This document shows, in pieces, positions 1 through 12,900 of a DNA stretch of 64,000 bases (position 1 is the stretch's first letter; each line of letters begins with the position of its first letter). Below the pieces are notes generated by a model that worked only from the letters and a program-made list of their open reading frames with translations, ran no database searches and was not told the DNA's origin. The stretch covers positions 144,584,001 to 144,648,000 of the forward strand of contig OX597816.1 in NCBI GenBank assembly GCA_951406725.2. Direction: 5' to 3'. The translations under genes were made by a program, and so were the position numbers. The DNA comes from Octopus vulgaris. Its lineage: Eukaryota.

Positions 1-728
1 CACATTCATACGACCAGCTACCACCCAGCCTCCAACGGGATGGTCGAACGTTTTCACAGGCAATTGAAGGCTACCCTACGTGCCACTTCTGACCCGCATC
101 TTGGACAGAATTCCTGCCTATCGTTCTTCTTGGTTGTGGCACTGCTGTTAAAGCAGACTTATGTTTCTCTTCCGCTGAGCTCTTCTACGGTACCATCCTA
201 GTACTCTCTGGTACAATGTTAGCGCCAGACAACTCATCGCCTCCTAATCCAACGTCGTATGTCACCAGACTTCGCTCATATTTCTCAAGTCTTCCACCCA
301 TGCATCTGCATGACCAGTCTATTCCATCTCACGTCCTTCCGGATATTGACAAATGGACTCATGTTTTTGTTCGGAATGATTCTGTCAGAGGGCCTCTCGT
401 TTCTCCTTATAAGGGACCGTTTCGTGTGCTATCGCGCAGACCCAAAACTTTTAGTCTCGACATCCATGGTCGGGTAGAGATCGTGTCGGTCGACAGACTT
501 AAAAGTGCACATTTTGAGGTGTCCATACCCTTCCATGACACCCCAAACACGCCCACCTTTGATCCTTTACAACTACCTACACATTCACCTGCACATGCAC
601 CTTTGACCACACCATCACCTACACCTACACCTTCGTCGCCACTGCCTAACACGAACAAACCCTATGTCACCAGGACTGGCCGCACTGTGCATTGGCCTAA
701 AAAACTCACTAAAACTATTTATATCTGA
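1..728 (+). mobile_element. Ty3/Gypsy LTR retrotransposon pol 3' end (integrase core end and C-terminal domain), degenerate
   Basis: 5' end reads HIHTTSYHPASNGMVERFHRQLK (integrase). ORF 216-728 contains VFVRND..GPLVSPYKGPFRV..VSVDRLK (GPY/F motif). A frameshift lies between the two parts. Confidence 0.9.
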
Positions 729-978
729 CAATCTCTTTTGTGTTTCCTGTGACAGACAATCGCTTTCTTGTCTTACTGGACAGTTCCAATACTCTGCCAT
801 TAAAAATTTTGTCAAATTTTGTGCATGCCAATTTATATTTCTTGCAGTTATTTTTCTATTTGACTTGTCACATTTTTGTAGCATATCTTGTTGGTTGCGA
901 TCAGTTGCCATCTTTCCTCTTTCTTGTGCCTGCTCCAATTATTCTGTTTTCGTACTACCACACTCAGGGGGGAGCCTT

Positions 979-1360
979 TGTAGCGGCACAAGCAGTCTGC
1001 GCCATATTGGATGAGATCTCGCGGCAGTCATTGCCATTTCCGAGACTGTATGGAGACCTGATCTGCATTCATTTGCCATGCACAAGATCACAACGGGGCT
1101 TGTTGTGGAGAAAACTATATAAAGGGAAAACCTTCTTCAAATTTTTCTTCTTCGGCTCCACAACACAGCAGCACTGGCTGAACAACATCACTGACTGTGG
1201 CTTTCTGCCTGTCTATCTTCAGAGGCAATGCGCCTACACTATCGGAGCTTAAGATGGTAGCTGAGAGCAGTACACTTCACCTTTCCTGTAAATAAACCAG
1301 ATGTAAATAGCATTTGTGCTTGAAGTCTTTTCTCTTTGCCTGCCGGAAGCCTGAACTACT
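979..1360 (+). mobile_element. 3' LTR of the Gypsy element
   Basis: Polypurine tract AGGGGGGAG at 966-974 precedes TGTAG at 979. TATA-like CTATATAAA near 1115 and AATAAA near 1291. Ends in CTACT, a degenerate CTACA. Confidence 0.7.
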
Positions 1361-1934
1361 TAAAGAACAAAAAGAATGATGGAAAGAGGCGATATTCTTC
1401 AGATATCATAAACCTTGCCTCTCATTATTAAAAAAGTATCTGTGAGAATGTTTGAGTTACCCATATTGTAAAAGGCGTTTGCATATTGATGGAAACAATC
1501 AGGTCAAATGTTAGCAAAATCATATTATACAGATTCCTTTGTGTTGTTCTTCTGCATCTTATCACTACTACAGTGTAGACAGAAGCTTTCTTTAAAATAT
1601 TTCAGATTGTGTGGTTGAAATTGTTTATGACGCGAAATCTATTGCAATGGTTGCCTGAAGAACGATTTGAACTCAACACGTAATAGCAAAATGCATAAGG
1701 AACGTTCTGTTTTTTTTTTATAATGATTGGCTGTAATTATTTAGAGATATGTAGACAAGATCATTGATAGTTAACCATCTTAGTTAAGGTGACTGTCTAA
1801 AGCCGGTAACAAGATAACGAACAAATCTGTTCTTCAAAAGAAGGAGGTAATTTCTTTTAAATCAAACTGAAAAGTTTTTTAAAGTTAAATTTGCAATTTA
1901 ATGTCAGTGGATTTAAATTCCCATACATCATTTT

Positions 1935-2625
1935 AGAGTTCTTTCTGTTTGGATGCCACCTTCCAATTTCTTCAATTTTGTCCCAATTGATTTCAGATTT
2001 AGTGTATTGATGTAGTTTTGTATGCCAATTATTGACATGGAATTCATTTTCGTCATAAATAAATAAATAAACAGTTTATAGCTTTTAAAGTTTGCAAATG
2101 TTGGATAATCTTAGCCAAGTGTAAGCCACAGACATTTAGGCGCCTGTTTGCACGGTAACAAACCAAGCGTAGGAACTCTAGTTTACGTGTGTTTAGAAAC
2201 TTATATTTTATGCTGTGTTTTTCTGTTTGTACAAATTTGCTGCTGTTTTTGGATGTTTCACATTGCATTTTCGATATCCACCTCTCGAATGCTGAAAACT
2301 ACAAAATATGTGTTGTTCACTCTTTTTTTTTGGTAATTTTTCGCTTATTAAATGCTTAAAACACGTGCTATTGTCGCAATGTTGACATTATTCTTTTGTC
2401 GTCTTATGATTGCAGTTACGCACAAAGTGACAACGTCCAAATCCTGGTTTCTGACTGGGAAAAAAATGATCACACTTTAAACGTCTGTAACTTTTAAAAA
2501 ATTTTTCTGGAACAAGTGAATTAAACTCTGAGATTCAGCATGAAAAATTACATCAATACACCAAATTTGAAAATTCCCACTTAATTCTAAAATTTCAAAA
2601 AGTGCTGCCAAACAGAAAAGATCCC
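1935..2625. mobile_element. Non-autonomous DNA transposon remnant with long imperfect terminal inverted repeats
   Basis: TCTTTCTGTTTGGATGCCAC...TCAGATTTAGTGTATTGATGTAGTTTT (about 1940-2020) is the approximate reverse complement of AAAATTACATCAATACACCAAATTTGA...GTGCTGCCAAACAGAAAAGA (about 2545-2621). Confidence 0.55.
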
Positions 2626-2731
2626 CACTTTATCTTACATTACCCACTACTATGCAATACAAATCCATAACAGCGATCTCATAAATTGCTACAAGCAATT
2701 ATGGGATCGTTTATTATTATTCCTCAAGATA

Positions 2732-3135
2732 GGCGCAGGAGTGGCTGTGTGGTAAGTAGCTTGCTTACCAACCATATGGTTCTGGGTTCAGTTCCACTGC
2801 GTGGCACCTTGGGCAAGTGTCTTCTACTATAGCCTCGGGCCGACCAAAGCCTTGTGAGTGGATTTGGTAGGCGGAAACAGAAAGAAGCCCGTTGTATATA
2901 TGTATATATATACATGTGTGTGTGTATTTGTGTATGTTTGTGTGTCTGTTTGTATTGTCCCCCCAACATCACTTGACAACCGGTGCTAGTGTGTTTACGT
3001 CCCCGTAACTTAGCGGTTCGGCAAGAGAGGCCGATAGAATAAGTACTAGGCTTAAGGCCTGGGGTCGATTTGCACGACTAAAGGCGGTGCTCCAGCACCG
3101 CCAAATGACTGAAACAAATTAAAGAAAAAAAGAAA
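2732..3135 (+). mobile_element. tRNA-derived SINE (family A, CORE-like segment, internal TA/TG microsatellite)
   Basis: A box TGGCTGTGTGG, B box GGTTCAGTTCC, CCTTGGGCAAGTG core and A-rich tail. Many near-identical copies in the window. Confidence 0.85.
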
Positions 3136-3877
3136 ATATATGGATACTATCCGTTACCACAATATCACCTCATATTAATACACCTCATTATACCATTTAT
3201 CACTATCGCGAAACAATGAGACACTAAATCTGTTACAAATATCAATTAAATTTCTTGCACATCAACTTATTCTATTTTTGTTTTTAAAAATAGAGAAGGA
3301 CACATTTTGTGTATTACTGATTATATTATCCCAGACAAAACAAATGCTCACAACAAGATAGTCAAATATTAACTTACAGAATGACACCAAACGTGAGAAA
3401 ATTTTGAGGTAACACAAAGCAGATAAAGGATGAGTTAAGAAAGAGCGCCACTTCGTGCAACTTACGCACACAACTAACAAAAACTTCGAAAGCTCACTTA
3501 ATCAGCTTACATCACAGCAAAATTCAGCACAGAAACAGGAAGGGCTAACAAAAGAGACCCAATACCAAGTTTTAATTGCGAGGGCATAAGACTACAACAG
3601 CACAGTTGCACCGAAGACTATTATGAATTTTTTTTTTACAAATTCGTAGGTATGCATCTTCAACTAATGCAGTCTTTTAAAAAACTATAAATAACAGTCA
3701 AATATCCTTCAAATACAATCTTCAAGATGGATGATGAGGACGTAGACATTAAATTAGATTTGTATGAAAGATGGGAAAGTCACGGTTGGGATGCTTTTGG
3801 TTACAGTTTTACTAAATCATGACTGACCTTGGGCTAAACAATATTTTCTAACGTTTTTCTATAATCTTTAAACAATA

Positions 3878-4033
3878 GGAGTAGCTGTGTGATAAGTAGC
3901 CTGCTTACCAACCACATGGTTCCGGGTTCAGTCCCACTGCGTGGCACCTTGGGCAAGTGTCTTCTACTATAGCCTCGGGCCAACCAAAGCCTTGTGAGTG
4001 GATTTGGTAGACGGAAACTGAAAGAAGCCCATC

Positions 4034-4084
<51 letters not shown>

Positions 4085-4308
4085 AGTATATGTATGTGTA
4101 TATACTTGTGTGTCTGTGTTTGTCCCGCCAAACAACCGATGCTGGTATGTTTACGTCCCCGTAACTTAGCGGTTCGGCAAAAACAGAGCGATAGACTAAG
4201 TACTAGGCTTACAAAAAATAAGTCCTGGAGTCGATTTGCTCGACTAAAGGCGGTGCTTCAGCATGACTGAAACAACTAAATGACTGAAACAACTAAAAGA
4301 TTAAAAGA
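3878..4308 (+). mobile_element. SINE family A copy
   Basis: Same head, core and tail as 2732-3135, with an expanded (TA)n. Confidence 0.85.
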
Positions 4309-4451
4309 TCATATCGTTTGCTCTTTTTCCTTTACAGTTCACCTGTTTTCTCTCTCTTGCTTCTTCTTTCTATCCCCCCCATGTTGACTTTCTTATTAGA
4401 CCAACAAGTAAGGAATTGTTTTTCATTACTCTTTATACTGGACTATCAACC

Positions 4452-4455
<4 letters not shown>

Positions 4456-4493
<38 letters not shown>
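4456..4493. repeat. (CT)n microsatellite
   Basis: Visible dinucleotide run. Confidence 0.95.
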
Positions 4494-4496
<3 letters not shown>

Positions 4497-4653
4497 GTTC
4501 TTCCTTTCCCTCTCTCTTTCCACCTTCAACTATTCTTATCGAAATTGCCAAGCCCCAACAATATTGAACTTAGGGTAAATCGTAACTACTGCAAAGACCA
4601 ATAAAACTCCGAATGAAATAACTTTACATAGATATATTATCCTTCTATGCATA

Positions 4654-5928
4654 CAAGGGTGAGCTGAAAAATTCATATGCTGATTATGAAGGAGTGGTGC
4701 TACAGCTGTGAAATCTTGCGCGCATTAATTTCTGTCCTTATTAATAATTGCTTTGTTTCTTTTCAGGTAAATTGACACCTGACTGTTCTAAGAAGATTTC
4801 AAAAACAACTTCTTTTGAAAAAGGAACAAAATTTGGCATCAAGGGGTTAGCAGTACCTGCAGGAAAAGGGGTTTAGTTCCGAATGACATTCATGCTGACA
4901 TGGTCGCTACTTAATGGAATGAAACTCCAGCTTCATCAACATTATAAAACCCTGAATTTAGGCAACTGAATTTAGGAGGAGAAGGGGTAACATTGCAGGT
5001 GACCCATCGTCTGAACGTCCAGCAACTGTCACCACCGAGGAAAACGTTTATCGCGTTCGCTACATGGTGATGGATGACAGGCAATTGACTGTAAATCAAA
5101 TAGACAATGCTATTAGCATATCTCATGAAAGAGTTGAGAATATATTCTGCACATTGAATTTGGTATGACAAAAGTTTCTGCTCGGTGGGTGCCATATCTG
5201 ACACCTGATCAAAAGCATACCAGGCTGATCATAACACGAGAAAATCTGACATTGTTTGAGGCAGATCCAGCTGGTTTCCTTCAACGTTTCCTATCCCAGG
5301 ATGAGTGTTGCGTTCATCACTTTGAGCCGGAGACAGGGAGACAATTTATGCTGTGGAAACACCCCTTCTCGCCTGCTCCAAAGAAGGTCAAGGTGATTTC
5401 ATGTGCAGAGAAGGTGATGGCCTCAGTTTGTTGCGATACAAAAGGAATTGTGCTTATTGACTATCATCAAAATGACCCCACCATCAATGCCAACTTGCTG
5501 AGACAGTTACGAAAGGCTGTCGAGACCAAACCGTCAGGAAAACTAACAAAAGTGGTCTTTTTTCATCGAGACAATGCCCCGGCACAAAAATCCTTGCTTT
5601 CAAAGGCTGTTGTGCGTGACTATGGCTTTGAACTAGATGATTACCCTTCCTATTAACCCAATTTTGGCCCCATCTGACTATCATCTGTTCCCCAACATGA
5701 AAAACACTTGGCTGAGAACCAGTACCGCAACGATGATGACGTCATATCAGCATTTGACATTATAAAGCAACAGAATGAAAGCTTCTTCAGCGATGGAATC
5801 CAAGCACTGTAACACTGATGGAAGAAGTGTGTGGACCGCAAGGGAGACTACGTTGAAAAATAAATCTTATTTGGTCACATTCCATGAGAATATCTTAGTC
5901 AGCTCACAAATATTTCAACTGAACCCCA
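4654..5928 (+). mobile_element. Mariner-type DNA transposon, decayed
   Basis: Transposase motifs KVSARWVP, QDE..VHHFEPET, HRDNAPA and LAPSDYHLF in shifted frames. Degenerate TIRs flanked by TA. Confidence 0.9.
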
Positions 5929-6858
5929 TACATTCATACGTATAGCTACAAATATATTTATATCTACTTACATAAGTGTATATATATATTTCTATATAAG
6001 TATGATATTCCGGTTTGATCTCGTTACATAACTTCTTATTGCCTGAAGTTGACATCTATTACCTGAAGGTGACATACTTTGTGTGTGAAACGGAACCTTT
6101 GAAATATAGGTGCAGTCCTTCAGATTGTCTTCTACTGAATTTCCGTGTACCCAGATACATTCACAAGTTTGTTTTGACCCATAACAACGTCAAAGCTAAA
6201 CGATCGCGAAAAATGTTACTTAAATATCGAACCAGCCCTGCAACTATATCTACACACCCTCGCAAACGGATGCAAATAAATATATATATACATACATAAA
6301 AACATACCCACTCCCACGTTTACACAATGAAGCGCATAGCTATACTTACATTATATAGATTGTGACTGACTATGAAACTTGTTCGTAATAGAAGTAGTTT
6401 CATTAGTTGACCTAAACAAGTTAACCAGTGGTTCATGTCATAGGAAGTAAGTAGTTTTACTTGCGTCACCGATGAGGTAAGGCTTAATAAATTAATTCTT
6501 ATCGAAATTACTACTATGTCCAAATACTTGAATGTATGCTAAGAGATTGTCATAGTCCGTTTGCCTTCGGACGGTTGATTTCTGTTGTTATTATCAGTGT
6601 ATTTTGGCGATTTAAATAAGAGTTTTAACTGTTATTTCCAGTAGACATACTTAGTATGTCTTTGATTAACTATATATATATATATATAAACATAAGATCC
6701 AAGGATAGAGGTGTAGGAAGAAAGTAAGCTTCAAGCAATCCGTAGAAAATATAAAAACAACAATAGTGGTTTATAGGGGTGGAAGGTAGTGAATTTTTCC
6801 GTATTTCACGATTGGCAGCCGGGATTGCCAGGTACGCAAATAAAAATCCGGGAGTTGA

Positions 6859-7020
6859 GGAATGAAGTAGATAAGATCCGGGCTACATATGTTTCATAAC
6901 GAGCAGAACCTCGGAAATGGTAATTATCCAAGTGAGATGCTCTGCGCTTGGATATTTACCACTTCTGAGGTTCCACTCGCTATGAAACATATATAGCCCG
7001 GAATTTATCTATTCCATTCC
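6859..7020. repeat. Imperfect inverted repeat (about 75-bp arms, 10-bp spacer), related to the hammerhead-bearing repeat at 16.3 kb
   Basis: 6859-6934 is the approximate reverse complement of 6945-7020. The same sequence recurs at 16285-16360. Confidence 0.8.
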
Positions 7021-7036
7021 TTAACTCTTGGATATA

Positions 7037-7087
<51 letters not shown>

Positions 7088-7091
<4 letters not shown>

Positions 7092-7300
7092 TTTTACTCT
7101 TTTACTTGTTTCAGTCATTTGACTGTGACCATGCTGGAGCACCGCCTTTAGTCGAGCAAATCGACCCCAGGACTCATTCCTTATAAGCCTAGTACTTATT
7201 CTATCGTTTTTTTTTGCCGAACCGCTAGATGACGGACACGTAAACACACCAGCATCGGTTGTCAAGCGATGTTGGGGGGACAAACACAGACAAACAAACA

Positions 7301-7353
<53 letters not shown>

Positions 7354-7535
7354 ACACACATATACATATATACGACGGGCTTCTTTCAGATTCCGTCTAC
7401 CAAATCCACTCACAAGGCCTTGATCGGCCCGAGGCTATAGTAGAAGACACTTGCCCAAGGAACCACGCAGTGGGACTAAACCCGGAACCATGTGGTTCGT
7501 AAGCAAGCTACTTACCACACAGCCACTCATACGCC
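7088..7535 (-). mobile_element. SINE family A copy
   Basis: Reverse complement of the family A sequence with internal (CA)n. Confidence 0.85.
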
Positions 7536-7538
7536 TTT

Positions 7539-7980
7539 ACACACACACACACAATATATATATATATATATATACATACATACATATATATATATTATAT
7601 ATATACACACACACACCTACACATACATACATACACACATACATACATACACACATACATACATACACACATACATACGTACGTACATATATACATACAT
7701 ACACACATACATACATGCATACATACACACATACATACATGCATACATACATAGATACATGCATACATGTATACATACATACATACATACATACATAAAT
7801 ACACACACACACATGTGTGAGAGAGAGAAGAGAGAGAAAAAGAGTGAGATAGATAGATGAGACATGTACATGTATATGTGTGTGTTGTATGTATTTATGT
7901 GTGTATGGTTGTGTACACATACACGTATACATGCTGGCATACACATATATTTACACACGCACACACATGCACACACATCT
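7539..7980. repeat. Compound microsatellite (CA/TA/TACA/GA/TG)
   Basis: Visible low-complexity runs. They explain the spurious H/T/Y/I and C/V/M ORFs. Confidence 0.9.
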
Positions 7981-9849
7981 ACTAGTAGTCTTTTATTGAT
8001 TTGATTTAGTCATTGTATTGCGGTTATGCTGGGGTACCGTCTTAAATTGTTTAATCAAGTAGATCAATACGCTTGTGCACACACACACACACGCACACTC
8101 ACACACATAACACACACACGGTAAAACTTTTATTATTTAGTGAAATCAATTCGATGAAAATGGTAGAGTGAAGTTGCTGTGAGGAGTGGAAAAACCAATA
8201 TTTTGGACAGAAACAGGAGTTGCAATCAGTGGGCTTGTCATTAACGGAGGTGGACAGATAGATACTCTTTATGGTGATGAAGATATTGAAAAACTCAACA
8301 GAATTATAATATATGGTGGAGGTAAATTCCAAGGAAAGACGACAATGGTTGTGTCATCCTCATATTCTCAATGTTACTACTGTACTGTATACCTCTGGGA
8401 TGGATCCAATGAATAGGGAAAATATTTGCTCTTCCATGTGGCCCACAAAATTGGATTGCAATTATAATTAGAACCAAAGTAATAATATTGGTTTCAAATT
8501 TTGACACAGGGCCAGCAATTTTAGAGGAGAGGTAAGTCAGTTACATCAATTCCAGTATTCAACTGATACTTATTTTTTCTAGCCCGAAGGGATAAAAGGC
8601 AAAATTGACCTTGATGGAATAACCAGAATAATAGCATTAATAATGAAAATGAAGTTAAATGTGTTAGACCAAGCAGTGAGGGAGGGAACTGGCAAAGAAG
8701 GGTACCAGCAGTTGTATATTTTGTTACTTGCCTTATTGTGTTGGTCCGAAGGGAGTGTCTAGCAAGCTTCCAGTGTTGGTGAGTGTATGCTGTGATTAGG
8801 TTTAAAATAAACTTGCTAATGGCTAGGTTATTAGTGACTAAACTGGCAAGCTCACTAAGCATGTTTGGTGAGGAAGGTGATAGTTGGACACCCTGCATGA
8901 TGAAAAACAAGGGTGGATGAACTAATAGGAACCAATGGCAAACCACCAGTTAGGAAGGCAGATGTGGGCTCTCTGAGCCTTGGTTGGCAACCCAACTAGT
9001 GATGGTGTCATGATAAAAATACTAGTTATTGCACATCCTTATAGATGCTAACTCAAAATGAGTGAAGTAATATTCAAGTATTAATCCTTTCTACTACAGG
9101 CACAAGACCTGAAATATTTGGGGAGGGGACTAGTTGATTACATCGAACCCAGTGTTCACTGGTTTTTAATTTGTCGACTCCAAAAGGATGAAAAGCAAAG
9201 TCAACTTCAACAGAATTTGATCTTGGAATCTAGAGATGGATGAAATTCCCCTAAGTATATTGCCTGGTGTGCTAACAATTCTGCCAGATCACTGCCTTTA
9301 ATATCTAAGTAATGATAATAACTGCATTATCAATACCAGATCTTATTAGGGAAGGTGTTGCACCCAGCAAGCAATGAACATTTGATCAAGCTCCAGCAGG
9401 TCATTGTCAAGCCATTGATAAGGATCAGGGTCAGAATTATATTCAAAAGCAGTGGTAGAAAAATAAAATGGGAAGAGGTAGACAAGATTGTGACTGAAAG
9501 TTAGCTGAGAAAATGAGCCAAATAAAAGTGGCTTCATGAAACAAATAAAGAAAATATGAAAATAAAGAGAGATGAAATGTGAACTTTTGAAGCAAGAGTA
9601 ATTCATATAAATGATTGGATTACAAGATTAGTGGTAGAAGAAATTCAGAGAAGACTAAAAAATGAACAGGATGAGCTTGAAACAGCAGTAGCAGAAAGTG
9701 GTGAAGAATGGGTAAGAGATAAAGAAAATGAATAAAAAAGAAATCACTATGTGTCTGAGAATGCTGATAAAGTAAATATTAGAGGGGATTTAGTAGGACA
9801 AGTCATAATAAATATTAAACAAGATTTCAATGATGAAGAGAAGGAGATT

Positions 9850-10200
9850 TTCTAAATGCTGTGAGATAAAATGTTTGGTGTGAACAATGAAATGCCACCA
9901 AATGTAAGGTGTATGGACAAAAGTCAAGTAAGGAGAGCCATAGGTAAAGTAAACAGTGCTTTGTGCTTGGTTAAAACAAAGAACATTAGTGAAATAAATC
10001 AGTTTATCATAGCTGCTGCTAATGTTGTAGCTGACATAATAAGATGCATGTGGAAGATTATTGGAGAAAAGAAGGGGAAGGAAGTGAAAGAACCAAATTT
10101 GAAGAAGAGAATATAAATGAAGTTGGAAAAGACAGAAAAAACTGGGGCAATTAATAGGATAATGAGAAGAGAACTCAAGAATGAGGTAGTAAACAATACC
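9850..10200 (+). mobile_element. Non-LTR retrotransposon ORF fragment (possible R4/NeSL-like)
   Basis: KVNSALCLVKTKNISEINQFIIAAANVVA resembles N-terminal ORF segments of site-specific LINEs. Recognised by eye only. Confidence 0.35.
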
Positions 10201-10204
10201 ATCA

Positions 10205-10872
10205 TTCTTTGATGAGCCTAGATTTGCTGTATTTTCTGACAGTGGTTGAGTATGGGTCTGGAAACTGTAATTAAGAATTTGACATAAAAAAGATTGCTGC
10301 CAACAATGAAACAAGGCAGTTATTCTGTGATGGTCTGGGGAGCAATTTGGAGCAATGGCCAATCAGAACTGGTGGAGTGTGATGGAAACATAAACTCAGA
10401 TAAATGTGTGTCCATATTGCAGAAAGGACTCCTTCCAATCTTCTTCAGTGGTGAAATGATTAAGAAGATGATTTATTTATGTCAGACAGCTAAAAAGACC
10501 CAAGATTTGTTGGAAAAGTATGGCATTAAAAAAAACTTCCATGGCCAAGCCAGTCACCAGATATGAACCCTATTGAACACCTCTGGGGCATGATGGACAG
10601 GGCACTTCATAAAAAGAATAAAAAAGCATGCTCAAAGCCAGATCTTTTGAGATTACTGTATGAAACTTGGCAAGAAATTCCCCAAGAGAACATTCCCCAT
10701 CTGATCAGTAGCATGCCTTACAGGACCCTTGCATTGAAAATGCAAGGGGCATGTCTACTAAATATTAGATTTTCACATTAAAATAATTAATAAATAATTT
10801 GAATGTATAATTTCAGATTTAAATAAATTTTAATGATTATATGGGTGTCTATTTACTTCTGCCATGTCTGTG
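10205..10872 (+). mobile_element. Tc1-like transposon 3' half, decayed
   Basis: [18 protein letters not shown] and [11 protein letters not shown] motifs. Ends near a TA. Confidence 0.85.
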
Positions 10873-11029
10873 TACATATATTCATAAAATAATTATTCCT
10901 TTCATTATCATCTTCATTATTATAATCTTCTATAACATATCCTAACCAACACTATCTTCAGCACTGCTATCATGTTATAAAATGCTGAATCTGTCATAAA
11001 TTAATATTCTTATATTCACAGATCATCAG

Positions 11030-11114
11030 ATGAAGTGGTGTCTCTGTCAATCTAATTGTATCAATCTGATCTTATTGGTAGTTGCTGCTTTAACTTTACC
11101 TGGATATGCTGAAT
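11030..11114 (+). CDS. Mosaic serine protease coding exon 1: signal peptide
   Basis: CAG acceptor ends at 11021, ATG at 11030. Reads MKWCLCQSNCINLILLVVAALTLPGYAE, then a GTAAGT donor. Phase 1 matches the next exon. Confidence 0.75.
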
Positions 11115-11373
11115 GTAAGTAAAAGTAGATCTATGCTATCTCATTCTAAACAGAAAGAAAGCATGTTTGTTTATAATTGTAACAAGTCAGTGATGGACCT
11201 TGGCATGTTGTGAAAATGTCCCCATTCAGCTACATGGCATTATAGAAGAGAATAGATGTTATTTAGTGCATAATTAACCAATGGATTTTTGAATTAGTCA
11301 TTAACATATATTGTCATAGTATTATTTATATATATTGAGTAATTGCTTGCGAAACTCACTACACTTAGTGACT

Positions 11374-11409
<36 letters not shown>

Positions 11410-11469
11410 TGTTGCCTAAATGACACAGCAATGAAAATAACATTGACATCTCATTTTAAGAGATATATT

Positions 11470-11690
11470 TACCAAAATTGCAAAAAAATATCAATAAAAT
11501 CACCATTGGCTTCATCCATGGCCTCCTGGTGATTTTGGAATCTCTTGCAACTCTTCTGGATGGTCTCCTTGTTTAAGTTGGTTCATGCTGCCATAATCCT
11601 TGTCTTCAATTCATCTTTGGTGTTACAAGGTATTTTGTTGGTCTCTTGCTCAACTGCAGCCCACACATAATAACCAAGAGGGCTGTACTC
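11470..11690 (-). mobile_element. Tc1/mariner transposase C-terminal fragment
   Basis: Minus strand reads PLGYYVWAAVEQETNK..NTKDELKTRI..EANGDF. Confidence 0.7.
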
Positions 11691-12360
11691 TGTTAACAGT
11701 TCAACAGCACTTTTCTCAAGGTAAAACAATAGTTTTTCTGTGAGTGACAGCAGTTACATTTGCCAGATGCCTTCGCTAAGCAGAATAATGTACTTGCCAC
11801 TTGACCCTTCTAACCTCTTCTAGGCCACCAAAAGCTAGAATAGAGATAACAAATCTATTGTTCTCAACAATATGTCTATCCTTCTAGCTGGTTTTGCATT
11901 ATTGTAAATACTAGAATTTGGTAAGGCAAAATTAGTTAGTGAATAAAGACCAACCAGAGTAATGGCCACAAGCAGGCAGCCACTAAAGACAAACGGCCAG
12001 AGGAAGAATAAGGTTATAATCAGCCAACTATGAGACACAACGTCCTTCGACTCTATAACTTTCACTAGCTCAATTTCTTTTCTCTTACATCATTCTATCA
12101 CTATCGATAGTTTACTACAATGAGAACGTGTACACACGTACCAGCCGAAATTAACCCTTTTAATCTCGCATGCTTTTCTATTTACTAATTATACATACCA
12201 AGCCGTCGTGGTTTTGGATATATACAAAGTAACGGTAAATAAATATTTCTTTCTAACTTCGATCATTGTTCTTCTTCCATCTTACAAATGGCAAACAATG
12301 AATACCATTGCCGTTACACACCCAAGTATGTGTTTTGCTTATTCTACTCTTCTTTTGAAG

Positions 12361-12490
12361 ATGATGGAGACATTACTTTGGAATCTTCCGGTTTAGTTAA
12401 AGTGTTTCACAATGGTAAATGGGGATCCATTTGCGAAGGAAACACTTCTCATGTGGAGGCGAAAGTGATATGTCGGAGCTTAGGCCGCAA
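12361..12490 (+). CDS. Exon 2: SRCR domain 1, first half
   Basis: DGDITLESSGLVKVFHNGKWGSICEG..EAKVICRSLG. AG/GTAAGT, phases 1 and 2. Confidence 0.92.
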
Positions 12491-12900
12491 GTAAGTAAAA
12501 CAATTTTTTTTTTAAGCAGAATATGTAAAATAGGTGCGTTTATCTAGTACTGAAAGTATGACAATTGGTGTGTTTTTATCATTCTGTAAAAGATATGGCT
12601 AAATAGTTCTAATTACAATTTATAAATCTTCTATAACATATCCTAACCAACACTATCTTCAGCACTGCTATCATGTTATAAAATGCTGAATCTGTCATAA
12701 ATTAATATTCTTTGGAAATTTCTTCTACCTTCATCAGATTGCAGACGATGGCTTATCTGGCCAAAACTTTGAAGTTACTGTCAACAATATCCTTGTTAAA
12801 GAATAAATTTGCACTCTACTGAAGTATAGAGTAACTCCTCAGATTAACATCAAATTGTTTTTACTATAACTGTACATAAAAACAAACGTTAACATACAGA

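Noticed and set aside
6300-6540. Possible promoter and 5' UTR exon (donor-like GTATGC near 6534)
   Set aside because: An upstream non-coding exon is implied by the acceptor at 11021, but its position cannot be supported from sequence alone.
7451-7976. Several 70-135 aa ORFs rich in H/T/Y/I or C/V/M (also near 28.1, 30.8 and 63.8 kb)
   Set aside because: Translations of microsatellites.
12740-12785. CAGACGATGGC..GGCCAAAAC, a possible decayed hammerhead
   Set aside because: Both core segments are mutated and there is no convincing helix I.
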